From: Alphaproteobacteria bacterium
GTDB lineage: Bacteria > Pseudomonadota > Alphaproteobacteria > SMXQ01
Length of the DNA stretch: 64,000 bases
Reading direction: 5' to 3'
Assembly: GCA_050485485.1 (NCBI GenBank)
Contig: JBJHBM010000001.1
Span: forward strand, 41,037-105,036
A program made the position numbers and the translations under genes. Shown one piece after another: positions 48,176 through 58,527 of this stretch. Each line of letters begins with the position of its first letter. Within the stretch, counting starts at the first letter, position 1. A model generated the notes under the pieces. The model was not told the origin of the DNA, ran no database searches, and worked only from the letters and a program-made list of their open reading frames with translations.

Positions 48176-48811
48176 TCAGGCGCCGCCGCGCGGCGGGTAG
48201 AGGCCGGCGCGCGCCAGCGCGCGGTCGTGGACGCGGGCGAGGCTCAGCAGCGCCGTCACGGCGCCCACCAGCGCGAGGAACATGTCCCACTGGGTGTCCC
48301 ACGGGTCGCCCTGGGTCGCGAGGAAGGCCTCGGCCTCGGCGCCGGCGAGCAGCGCGACCCACCATTCCAGCATCTCGAAGAAGGCGCTGAAGGCGAGGCA
48401 GAAGGCGCCGCTCACCCAGAACAGCCAGCCGCCGCGCCCGAGCGGCGAGCACCGGAGCAGGATCTCGCGCGCGAGGATCGCCGGGATGAACCCTTGCGCA
48501 AAATGGCCGAGCCGGTCGTAGTGGTTGCGCGCGAGGTCGAACCACTCCTGGAACATGAAGCCGAGCGGCACCCGCGCGTAGGTGTAGTGCGCGCCGATCA
48601 TCAGGATGATGGCGTGGATCAGGATCAGCCGGTAGAGCAGGGGCGTCAGCGGAAAGCGCGTCCGCGTGGCGAACAGCAGCGGCAGCGCGATCAGCACCGG
48701 CGCGACCTCCAGCCACCACGTGAGGCGGTCGTGCGGATCGATGCCGGACCACACGAACACCGCCGCCCCGATCAGGAGGAGGACGGCGGCTTCGGCGCGG
48801 CTGAGGGTCAT
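48176..48811 (-). CDS. DUF2238 (YjdF-like) membrane protein
   Basis: TWWLE, HYTYARVP, RNHYDRLGH and QGDPWDTQWDM. Confidence 0.85.
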   Translation of the reverse strand: MTLSRAEAAVLLLIGAAVFVWSGIDPHDRLTWWLEVAPVLIALPLLFATRTRFPLTPLLYRLILIHAIILMIGAHYTYARVPLGFMFQEWFDLARNHYDRLGHFAQGFIPAILAREILLRCSPLGRGGWLFWVSGAFCLAFSAFFEMLEWWVALLAGAEAEAFLATQGDPWDTQWDMFLALVGAVTALLSLARVHDRALARAGLYPPRGGA

Positions 48812-48818
48812 GGGATGC

Positions 48819-49586
48819 CTAGCGCCGGGTGAAGTCGGGCGGGCGCTTCTCGCGGAAGGCGGCGGCGCCTTCCTGGTGCTCGGCGTGCGGGAAGCGGTCG
48901 CGCTGCTGGGCGGCCTCGGCGGCGAGCGCCGCGCGCAGCCCGTCGAGGCCCGCGAGCATCCGCTTGACGGCGGCGACGGCCTCGGGTGGGGCGTCGGTGA
49001 AGGCCGCGGCTTCGGCCACGGCGCGGGCGCGGGCCCCGCCTTCGGGGACGAGCGCGTCGGCGAGGCCGATGGCGAGCGCCTCCGGTCCCTCGACCACGGC
49101 ACGCGAGAGGATCAGCCGCTTCGCCCGCGCGGGCCCGACGCGGCGCGCGAGCGTGACGGAGAGTCCCCAGTCGGGGCCGAGCGCGAGCCTCAGGAACGAG
49201 AAGGTGAACTTCGCGGTCGTCTCCGCCACCACGATGTCGGCGAGGCAGGCGAGGCTCACCCCGGCACCGGCCGCATGGCCGGCGACGGCGGCGACGACGG
49301 GCTTGGGGAAGGCGGCGACCATCTCGGCGGTGCGTGCCACGTCGTTCATGCGGGCATCGATCTTCCCGAGGTCGGTTTCCCCCATGGTGCGGACGTCGCC
49401 GCCCGCGCAGAAGTTTCCGCCCGCGCCGGCGACGACGACGGCACGGACGTGGGCGTCGGCGGCGAGCGTCTCCAGCGCGTCGCGCAGCTCGACGCGCATC
49501 TCGGCGGTGAGGGCGTTGCGGATGCGGGGCTCGTCGAGGACGAGGACGGCGACGTCGCCCGGCTCGCGCTCGATCCGGATGCCCAC
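48819..49586 (-). CDS. Enoyl-CoA hydratase/isomerase (PaaG-like crotonase)
   Basis: RNALT, FCAGGDV, AAGAGVSLA and EGAAAFREKR. Confidence 0.85.
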   Translation of the reverse strand: MGIRIEREPGDVAVLVLDEPRIRNALTAEMRVELRDALETLAADAHVRAVVVAGAGGNFCAGGDVRTMGETDLGKIDARMNDVARTAEMVAAFPKPVVAAVAGHAAGAGVSLACLADIVVAETTAKFTFSFLRLALGPDWGLSVTLARRVGPARAKRLILSRAVVEGPEALAIGLADALVPEGGARARAVAEAAAFTDAPPEAVAAVKRMLAGLDGLRAALAAEAAQQRDRFPHAEHQEGAAAFREKRPPDFTRR

Positions 49587-49591
49587 GGCGA

Positions 49592-51685
49592 CTACCGGTC
49601 GAGGTCGGCGAAGGTCTTGCCCTCCGCCACCAGCCGCGCGAGCAGGTGCGACGGCTGCCAGAAGTACGCGTCCTGCTTCGCCAGCACCTTGATGCCGTCG
49701 AGCACGCGGCCGAGCCCCATGATGTCGGCGGTGCAGAGCGGCCCGCCGCGCCAGCGCGGATAGCCGTAGCCGAACACCTCCACCATATCCACATCGAGTG
49801 GACGCGCGGCGATCTTCTCGTCCACGATGCGCGCGCCCTCGTTGATCATGGCGTAGAGGATGCGGTTCTGGATCTCCTCGGCGGCGAAGGAACGGCGCGC
49901 GATGCCCTTGCGCGCGGATTCGGCGAGCACGATCTTCTCCACCTCCGGGTTCGGCTGCGCCTTGCCGTTCTCGTAGACGTACCAGCCGCGCCCGGTCTTC
50001 TGGCCGAACCAGCCCTTCTCGCAGATCCTGTCGGCGATCTCGACGTAGCGCTCGCGCGGATCGCGCGTCGCGGCGGTGCGCTTGCGCTGGGCCCAGGCGA
50101 TGTCGAGCCCGGCGAGGTCCATCACCCGGAACGGGCCCATCGGCAGGCCGAAGGCCTCCATCGCCTTGTCCACCTCCCACGGCAGGGCGCCGTCCTCGAT
50201 CATGTAGTCGGCCTGCTTGCGCGTCCTGGCGAGGATGCGGTTGCCGATGAAGCCGTCGCACACGCCCGACAGCACGCCGACCTTGCCGAGCTTCTTCGCC
50301 AGCTCGAAGCCGGTCGCCACCACGTCGTCGCCGGTTTTGGCGGGGCGCACGATCTCGAGCAGGCGCATGACGTGGGCGGGCGAGAAGAAGTGGAGTCCGA
50401 TCACGTCCTCGGGCCGGCCGGTCGCGGCGGCGATCTCGTTGATGTCGAGGTAGGAGGTATTGGTGGCGAGCACGGCGCCGGGCCGCATCGCGGCATCGAG
50501 GCGCGCGAACACCGACTTCTTCACCTCCATGTCCTCGAACACCGCTTCGACCACGAGGTCGGTCCCGGCGAGGGCGCCATAGTCGAGGCTCGGCGCGAGC
50601 CGTTCCATGTGCTCGGCCTTGCCCTCCGCGGAGAGGCGGCCGCGCGAGACGAACCCGTCGAGGTTCTTCTCGACGTTGACCTCGGCGCGCTCGAGCGCGG
50701 CGTCGTCGGCCTCGACGATGGTGACGGGAAGCCCCGCGCGCAGCAGCGCCACCGCGATGCCGGCGCCCATGGTGCCGCCGCCGATCACGGCGACGCGCTC
50801 GATCTTGCGGGGGCGGGCGTTCTCGAGGCCCGGCACCTTGCTCACGGCGCGCTCGGCGAAGAACACATGGCGCAGCGCCTTGGCCTGGTCGGAGGCGCGC
50901 AGCTCCTGGAAGATCTCGCGCTCGCGCTTCATGCCCTCGGCGTAGGGCAGGGCGACGGCGGCCTCGACCGCCTCCAGCGCGCGCAGCGGGCTGTCCTGGC
51001 CGCGCGCCGCGCGGGCGAGCCTGGCCCGCTCGGTCTCGAAGAACTTGGGGTCCTTGGGCGCGGGCGCCGGCATCTCGGAGATGCGCGGCAGCGACGCGCC
51101 CGCGCGCGCGGTCACGAACTCCCTGGCGCTGGCGAGCAGGTCGCCTTCGGCGACGAGGTCCACCATGCCCGAATCCAGGGCCTCGCGCGCGCCCACCTGG
51201 CGTCCGGTCGCGATCAGCTCGGCGGCCTTCTCCACGCCCGCGATGCGCGGCAGGCGCTGGGTACCGCCCGCGCCCGGGATGATGCCCAGGTTGACCTCCG
51301 GGAAGCCGACGCGCGCGCGCGCGTCCATCACGCGGTAGTGGCAGGCGAGCGCGATCTCGAACCCGCCGCCGAGCGCAACCCCGTGGATCGCGGCCGCGAC
51401 CGGCTTGTCGCAGCCCTCGATGGCGGCAATCACCTCGGGCAGGGACGGCGGCTGCGGCGGCTTGCCGAACTCGCGCACGTCGGCGCCGGCGATGAACACG
51501 TTGCCGGCGCCCCGGATCACGGCGGCCTCGACGGCAGGATCGGACGATATCCCGGCGACGGCGTCGAGAAGGCCCTGGCGCACCGCCTGGGAGATCGCGT
51601 TGACCGGAGGGTTTGCGACGGTGACGACCGCGATTCCCTCCTCGATGGCGACCGTGACCGCCGCGTCGCTTGCTGCTTCCGTCAT
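49592..51685 (-). CDS. Bifunctional enoyl-CoA hydratase/3-hydroxyacyl-CoA dehydrogenase (FadB/PimF-like)
   Basis: NPPVNA, GAGGTQRLPR, GGGTMGAGI, TNTS and HFFSPA. Confidence 0.92.
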   Translation of the reverse strand: MTEAASDAAVTVAIEEGIAVVTVANPPVNAISQAVRQGLLDAVAGISSDPAVEAAVIRGAGNVFIAGADVREFGKPPQPPSLPEVIAAIEGCDKPVAAAIHGVALGGGFEIALACHYRVMDARARVGFPEVNLGIIPGAGGTQRLPRIAGVEKAAELIATGRQVGAREALDSGMVDLVAEGDLLASAREFVTARAGASLPRISEMPAPAPKDPKFFETERARLARAARGQDSPLRALEAVEAAVALPYAEGMKREREIFQELRASDQAKALRHVFFAERAVSKVPGLENARPRKIERVAVIGGGTMGAGIAVALLRAGLPVTIVEADDAALERAEVNVEKNLDGFVSRGRLSAEGKAEHMERLAPSLDYGALAGTDLVVEAVFEDMEVKKSVFARLDAAMRPGAVLATNTSYLDINEIAAATGRPEDVIGLHFFSPAHVMRLLEIVRPAKTGDDVVATGFELAKKLGKVGVLSGVCDGFIGNRILARTRKQADYMIEDGALPWEVDKAMEAFGLPMGPFRVMDLAGLDIAWAQRKRTAATRDPRERYVEIADRICEKGWFGQKTGRGWYVYENGKAQPNPEVEKIVLAESARKGIARRSFAAEEIQNRILYAMINEGARIVDEKIAARPLDVDMVEVFGYGYPRWRGGPLCTADIMGLGRVLDGIKVLAKQDAYFWQPSHLLARLVAEGKTFADLDR

Positions 51686-51894
51686 GTCCCTACCGCTGTT
51701 GTAAACCTTCTTGTGACGACGTCCGGGCCTCGCGTCCCGGCATTTGCATTTGCGGGCCTTGCGTCCCGGCGGGTCCCATCCATATCAACGGGCGCGCGCC
51801 GCCGCAAGCCGCGCCCTTCACGCGCGGCGCAGGCGCACTATAATCGGGGCAGATCAATCTGCGCGCCACAGGTCGCATGTCCAGGGGAGCACCG

Positions 51895-52362
51895 ATGAGC
51901 AAGGCCGACTTCGAAGAACGCATGACCCGGATCGCGAACGCCATCGCCGACCGTCCCGTGGACGCGGCGCTGGCGCGTTTCCTCAACGAGACCTTCGCCG
52001 CCGACGGGGCGGAGTTCAAGGCGGTCGAGGCGCTGTGCCGGGAGGGGGAGAAGAACGGCTGGTTGTGCGAGCGCGAGGCGGGCGGCATCCGGTTCGGGCG
52101 CGTCGTCAAGCCGGGCGGCGTCGCTGGCAGGTTCTCCGTCGACGTGGTGCGCATGAACAACGTCAAGGGGCCGCACCATATCCACCCCAACGGCGAGATC
52201 GGCATGATCATGCCGATCTCGGGCGCGCCCCGGTTCGACGGGGTGGGGCGCGGCTGGTACGTCGATCCGCCGGGCTCCGACCACTGGCCCACGGTCGAGG
52301 GCGGCGAGGCCTACGTCCTCTACCTGCTGCCGGACGGCAAGATCGAGTTCACCGGGAAGTAG
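51895..52362 (+). CDS. DUF4863 (PnbB-like) small cupin-type protein
   Basis: GWLCEREAGGIRFGRV, HIHPNGEI, PPGSDHWPTV and LYLLPDG; as I recall, this family often lies near box genes. Confidence 0.72.
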   Translation: MSKADFEERMTRIANAIADRPVDAALARFLNETFAADGAEFKAVEALCREGEKNGWLCEREAGGIRFGRVVKPGGVAGRFSVDVVRMNNVKGPHHIHPNGEIGMIMPISGAPRFDGVGRGWYVDPPGSDHWPTVEGGEAYVLYLLPDGKIEFTGK

Positions 52363-52813
52363 TGTCGGCATCCGCTTCCGCAACCGTGCCCGTACTCGCA
52401 TCGGGCCTGGAGCGTTCCAGCGACTTCAGCAGGGTGGCGAGGCTGATCGACTTCAGCGTCGCCACCGCGATCGCGTCGATCTCCCCGGTCACGCGCGCCA
52501 GCGCGCGGCCGATGTCGGTGTCGCGCACCTCCGGCGGCAGGTCGGGGGCGTCGGCGTCGATGTCGCCGAACAGGCTGATCACGTCGTAGAGCGAGATACG
52601 CTTGACGTTGCCGGTGAAGCGGTAGCCGCCGCCCGCGCCGCGTACCGCTTCGACCAGGCCGGCGCGGCCCATGTCGCGCAGCACTTTGGCGAGATGGTTG
52701 GCGGAGATGCCGTAGGTTTCCGCGATTTCGGCGACCGAAACCTGACGCGCGGGGTCGCGCGCGAGTTCGAGCGCGGCCAGGAGCCCGAACAGGGTCGCCT
52801 TCTGCAGCTTCAC
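52349..52813 (-). CDS. badM: Rrf2-family transcriptional regulator, BadM-like (no Fe-S cysteines)
   Basis: EIAETYGIS.NHLAKV..L.RAGLVEAVRGAGGGY; overlaps the upstream GNAT as in badLM. Confidence 0.65.
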   Translation of the reverse strand: MKLQKATLFGLLAALELARDPARQVSVAEIAETYGISANHLAKVLRDMGRAGLVEAVRGAGGGYRFTGNVKRISLYDVISLFGDIDADAPDLPPEVRDTDIGRALARVTGEIDAIAVATLKSISLATLLKSLERSRPDASTGTVAEADADTTSR

Positions 52814-53319
52814 CGGCGCGGTCCCTGCGCATGCTCCTGCCCGAGCGGCATCTCGAGCTGGATGAACGGCCCGCCCGTCATGCCCTGGCTGCGGAAGAAC
52901 GCCATGTTGAGGGCGTCGTCGCGTGCCAGCATGGTGCGCACCGTGGACATGCCGTTGGCGTGCATCGTCCGGCAGATCGCGTCGAACAGGCGCGTGCCGA
53001 TGCCGCCCTGGCGGTGCGCCGGGTCGACGCCGATCGCGAATACCCAGCCGCACGGCGGCGAGCCGAACTCCCAGGCGCGCTCCTCGCCGATGATGAAGCC
53101 GACCACACGGCCGCCCGCCTCCGCGACCAGGAAGTGGCGCTGGCGGTGAGCGCCGTAGCGCGTGAAGGCGCGGCGCCAGTAGTCGGGCTTGGGAAGGCCG
53201 GTGATCGCCGCGTCTATGGCGCTGACGGCGGCGACGTCCTCCGCGCCGGCGGTGCGTATCGTGGCGGGGGGCGGAGCTTTCTGCGGCCCGGAGGCTTCGG
53301 GATCGGGGGAGTCGGACAT
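52810..53319 (-). CDS. badL: GNAT acetyltransferase, BadL-like
   Basis: RAWEFGSPPCGWVFAIGV and RQGGIG acetyl-CoA motif; coupled to the Rrf2 gene. Confidence 0.65.
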   Translation of the reverse strand: MSDSPDPEASGPQKAPPPATIRTAGAEDVAAVSAIDAAITGLPKPDYWRRAFTRYGAHRQRHFLVAEAGGRVVGFIIGEERAWEFGSPPCGWVFAIGVDPAHRQGGIGTRLFDAICRTMHANGMSTVRTMLARDDALNMAFFRSQGMTGGPFIQLEMPLGQEHAQGPRR

Positions 53320-53412
53320 CCGTGCGACCATCGTGGCGCCTCTCGCGTGGTGCCTTTCGTGCTTCGCCGGAACGGCGAGAGCCCTCGGTTTTCGTCGCCT
53401 TCCGTTTCGGCC

Positions 53413-53467
53413 TTGACAGATTGGCCTTCCATGCCTTACTTGTAAATAGGTATTACAGTACTTAATT
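53413..53467 (+). promoter_or_regulatory. boxC promoter region with a 24-bp imperfect palindrome
   Basis: TTGACA at 53413; AAATAGGTATTACAGTACTTAATT at 53444..53467. Confidence 0.55.
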
Positions 53468-53604
53468 GCGTTTTTAGTCTCCGCACGATGCGGGCACGCT
53501 TCAAACGCAACCCGGAACAGGGCTAGGCTTAGCTCTCAGCGACCCGGCAAGAGGCAACGGCCGAACAAGACGGCCAGCAACCAGACTACGGCAGGTGGAG
53601 ACCC

Positions 53605-55251
53605 ATGATCGATTTCAGGACCAGCCCCGAGAAATACAAGCACTGGAAGGTCAGCTATGACGGTCCGGTGGCGACCATCGCCATGGACGTGCGCGAGGAC
53701 GGGGGCCTGAAGCCGGGCTATGCGCTCAAGCTCAACTCTTACGACCTGGGCGTGGACATCGAGCTCTACGACGCGGTCCAGCGGGTGCGCTTCGAGCATC
53801 CCGAGGTCGGCGCGGTGGTGCTGACCTCCGCCAAGGACAACGTGTTCTGCGCCGGGGCCAACATCAAGATGCTGGGCCTCTCGGCGCACGCCGAGAAGGT
53901 CAACTTCTGCAAGTTCACCAACGAGACCCGCAACGGCATCGAGGACGCGAGCCTGTTCTCGGGCCAGACCTACCTGTGCGCGGTCAACGGCACCGCGGCT
54001 GGCGGCGGCTACGAGCTGGCGCTCGCCTGCGAGCACATCATGCTGGTGGACGACAACTCCTCCGCCGTGTCGCTGCCCGAGGTGCCGCTGCTCGCGGTGC
54101 TGCCGGGCACCGGCGGCCTTACCCGCGTGGTGGACAAGCGCATGGTGCGCCGCGACCACGCCGACTTCTTCTGTACCCTCACCGAGGGCATCCGCGGCCA
54201 GCGCGCGCTCAACTGGAAGCTGGTGGACGAGATCGTGCCGAAGTCCAAGATGGCCGACACGGTCAAGGAGCGCGCCCGGGAATTCGCAGCGAAGTCCGAC
54301 CGGCCGAAGGGCGCCAAGGGCATCAAGCTCGCCGAACTCAGGCGCGAGACCGCGGGCGACGCCGTCGTTTACGACCACGTCGCCGGCAAGATCGACCGCG
54401 CCCGCAACGCGATCGAGATTACGGTGCACGGCCCCAAGGAGGCGGTGCCCCAGGACGCCGCCGCGATCCATGCGCAAGGCGACAGGTTCTGGCCGCTCGC
54501 GGTGGCGCGCCAACTCGACGACCTGATCCTCCACCTGCGCACCAACGAGCCCCAGCTCGGCCTGTGGGTGCTCAAGACCCAGGGCGATTCCGACCTTGTG
54601 GCCAAGGCCGACGAGGCGCTTGCGAAGAACGCCGGGGACTGGCTGGTGCGCGAGATCACGCTCTATCTCAAGCGCACCTTGAAGCGCATCGACGTCACCT
54701 CGCGCTCGATCATCACGCTGGTCGAGCCGGGCAGCTGCTTCGCCGGCCTGCTCGCCGAGCTGCTGCTGGTGGCCGACCGCAGCTTCATGCTCGACGGCAC
54801 GCTCGAGGGCCACAACCAGCCCGCCAAGATCCGCCTCACCGGTGCCAACTTCGGCCCGTACCCGATGGGCAACGGCCTCACCCGGCTGGAGACCCGCTTC
54901 CTCGGCGACAAGGCCGCCCTCGACGCGGTCAAGGCGGAGCAGGGCAAGGACATCGACGCTCGCCAAGCGGAGGAGCTCGGCCTCGTCACCTTCGCGCCCG
55001 ACGACATCGACTGGGAGGACGAGGTCCGCATCGCCATCGAGGAGCGCGCCTCGCTGTCCCCCGACGCGCTCACCGGCATGGAGGCGAGCTTGCGCTTCGC
55101 CGGCCCCGAAACCCTTGAAACCAAGATCTTCGGCCGCCTGTCCGCCTGGCAGAACTGGATATTCCAGCGTCCCAACGCGGTCGGCGCCGAAGGCGCGCTC
55201 AAGCTGTTCGGCACCGGCAAGCGCGCCGGCTTCGACATGAACCGCGTCTGA
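53605..55251 (+). CDS. boxC: 2,3-epoxybenzoyl-CoA dihydrolase
   Basis: LKLNSYDLGVDIEL.DA..R.RFEHPEV, KVNFCKFTNETRN and RLSAWQNWIFQRPNA. Confidence 0.95.
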   Translation: MIDFRTSPEKYKHWKVSYDGPVATIAMDVREDGGLKPGYALKLNSYDLGVDIELYDAVQRVRFEHPEVGAVVLTSAKDNVFCAGANIKMLGLSAHAEKVNFCKFTNETRNGIEDASLFSGQTYLCAVNGTAAGGGYELALACEHIMLVDDNSSAVSLPEVPLLAVLPGTGGLTRVVDKRMVRRDHADFFCTLTEGIRGQRALNWKLVDEIVPKSKMADTVKERAREFAAKSDRPKGAKGIKLAELRRETAGDAVVYDHVAGKIDRARNAIEITVHGPKEAVPQDAAAIHAQGDRFWPLAVARQLDDLILHLRTNEPQLGLWVLKTQGDSDLVAKADEALAKNAGDWLVREITLYLKRTLKRIDVTSRSIITLVEPGSCFAGLLAELLLVADRSFMLDGTLEGHNQPAKIRLTGANFGPYPMGNGLTRLETRFLGDKAALDAVKAEQGKDIDARQAEELGLVTFAPDDIDWEDEVRIAIEERASLSPDALTGMEASLRFAGPETLETKIFGRLSAWQNWIFQRPNAVGAEGALKLFGTGKRAGFDMNRV

Positions 55252-55298
55252 TCCAGGTCCAGCGCCCGACCACGACGACCCCCAGCAGGAGACTGCAC

Positions 55299-56726
<1,428 letters not shown>

Positions 56727-56747
56727 GCCTGCCGGGGGTCTATAGTC

Positions 56748-56782
56748 CGGGCGGCGTCCTCCGGGGCGCCGCCCGTCTTTTT
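56748..56782 (+). terminator. Rho-independent terminator after boxB
   Basis: CGGGCGGCGTCC-tccg-GGGCGCCGCCCG followed by TCTTTTT. Confidence 0.7.
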
Positions 56783-56808
56783 GCACAGGTTCGACCCACG
56801 AGGTTGCC

Positions 56809-57192
56809 ATGCGCCGCACCATGCTGATGTCCAAGCTGCACCGGGTCACCGTTACCCATTGCGAGCTCGACTACGAGGGCTCCTGCGCCATCGACGAAAC
56901 GCTGCTGGAGGCCGCCGACATCCGCCCCTACCAGGCCATCGACATCTACAACGTCACCAACGGCGAGCGGTTCTCGACCTACGCTATCCGGGGCGAGCGG
57001 GACAGCGGCATGATCTCGCTCAACGGCGCGGCCGCGCGCAAGGCGCAGGTGGGGGACATCCTGATCGTCGCGGCCTACGCCGGCTTCGAGGAGGCGGAGC
57101 TGGCGGACTTCGCCCCGCGTCTCGTCTACGTGGACGCGCGCAACCGCATCCGCGACGCGCGCGGCGCGATCCCGCTCCAGCGCCGCGCCTGA
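56809..57192 (+). CDS. panD: Aspartate 1-decarboxylase
   Basis: [13 protein letters not shown] self-cleavage site, NGERFSTY and NGAAAR. Confidence 0.95.
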   Translation: MRRTMLMSKLHRVTVTHCELDYEGSCAIDETLLEAADIRPYQAIDIYNVTNGERFSTYAIRGERDSGMISLNGAAARKAQVGDILIVAAYAGFEEAELADFAPRLVYVDARNRIRDARGAIPLQRRA

Positions 57193-57193
57193 G

Positions 57194-58348
57194 CTAGTCC
57201 TTCTTCCGCGGCATCAGGCTTTCGGCGAGTTCCTCGGTCCACGGCGCGCCGAGGGCGAGGGCCTGGCGCAGCGCGACGAAGTCCACCTCGCGGCCGGTCT
57301 CCTTGGTGCCGCGCGCGAAGGCGCGGAAGCCGGCGCGCGCCTCCGTAAGCATGTTGAACGCCATCCAGGAGCGCGAGCTTTCCTTGTTGCGCTGCCACGC
57401 GTCGAGCTTGGGCTTGCGCAGCTCCTCGATGGTCTTGAGGGTGCATTCGGGGAAGGTCTCGATCAGCGTCGCGCACAGGCGCTCCACCGCCTCGTCCAGC
57501 GGACCGAGGTCGATCTCGCCCTTCGCCAGCAGCGCCTTGCCCTCGGCCAGCGCCGCGCCGGTCCTGGCTTCGCCGAACACGAAGCGGCCCATCTCGTCCA
57601 CCATGCGGTCGGTGACGACCAGCGGGTTGGGCACGAACCCGCCGTCCACCTTCAGCGCCGGCGCGATCTCCGAGATCATGCCGAGCCGGTAGGCCTTGTG
57701 GGCCGAGAACGGCTGGCACAGCACGCCCGCGCTCATCGCGTTCTCGACCCCGATCAGCACCGGCAGGAAGTCGGTCGCGCCCGCGATAGGGGCGGAGCCG
57801 TGCTTGGGGCCGGCCTGGCCGAAGCGCGCCATGTCCTGGGCGACGGAGAAGTCGCAGGCCATCCCGATCTCCTGGCCGCCGCCGAGCCGCATGCCGTTGA
57901 CGCGGCAGACGGTGGGCTTGTCCACCGTCAGGATCGTGGTCACGAGGTCCATGAACAGCCGCATGTACTGGCGGAATTCCTGGGGGTTGCCGGCGTAGTA
58001 CTCGGCCAGCTCCTGGACGTTGCCGCCGGTGCAGAAGCTGGCGGTGCCTTCCCCCGTCAGCACGATGCAGACCACGTCGCGCGCGAGCGAGGCTTCGCGC
58101 AGGGCGAGCGTCGCGCCCTTCATCATGTCCACGGTCAGCGCGTTGAGCTGCTTCGGGTTGTCGAGGATCACCCAGGCGTTGTGGAGCCCCTCCGCCACGC
58201 GGCCGTCGGCGCGCCTCGCGGGACGCCTCTCGAGGCGCACGCCGGGCGGCAGCGCCGCGCCGGGCACGAGGTTGTGGTCGGTCAGCTTCCCGGGCCGCTG
58301 GGCGCGCGCGACGGAGACGGGGTCGGTGGGCTTGTCTTGGGCGGTCAT
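57194..58348 (-). CDS. oah: 6-oxocyclohex-1-ene-1-carbonyl-CoA hydrolase (Oah/BamA/BzdY)-like
   Basis: FCTGGN...EYYAGNPQEFRQYMRLF, RVNGMRLGGGQEIGMACD, GQAGPKHGSAP and NKESSRSW. Confidence 0.85.
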   Translation of the reverse strand: MTAQDKPTDPVSVARAQRPGKLTDHNLVPGAALPPGVRLERRPARRADGRVAEGLHNAWVILDNPKQLNALTVDMMKGATLALREASLARDVVCIVLTGEGTASFCTGGNVQELAEYYAGNPQEFRQYMRLFMDLVTTILTVDKPTVCRVNGMRLGGGQEIGMACDFSVAQDMARFGQAGPKHGSAPIAGATDFLPVLIGVENAMSAGVLCQPFSAHKAYRLGMISEIAPALKVDGGFVPNPLVVTDRMVDEMGRFVFGEARTGAALAEGKALLAKGEIDLGPLDEAVERLCATLIETFPECTLKTIEELRKPKLDAWQRNKESSRSWMAFNMLTEARAGFRAFARGTKETGREVDFVALRQALALGAPWTEELAESLMPRKKD

Positions 58349-58378
58349 CTTGGGCGGTTCCCTGTCATCGCTCTTCCT

Positions 58379-58500
58379 CGTCATGGCCGGGCGAAGGCCC
58401 GCCATCCCCCTCGCCCAGTTCTGGGTAGGCTCGGCCTTCGCCTCGCCGACCCTACACAACCCTCTCCCACCAGTGGGGGGAGAGGGGAGGGTGAGGGGGG
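58379..58500. repeat. Two REP-like elements, one of each family
   Basis: CGTCATGGCCGGGCGAAGGCCCGCCATCC at 58379 and CCCTCTCCC...GGGAGAGGGGAGGGTGAGGGG at 58457. Confidence 0.65.
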
Positions 58501-58527
58501 CGACATCAGCAGTGGCCCTGGAGCCCC

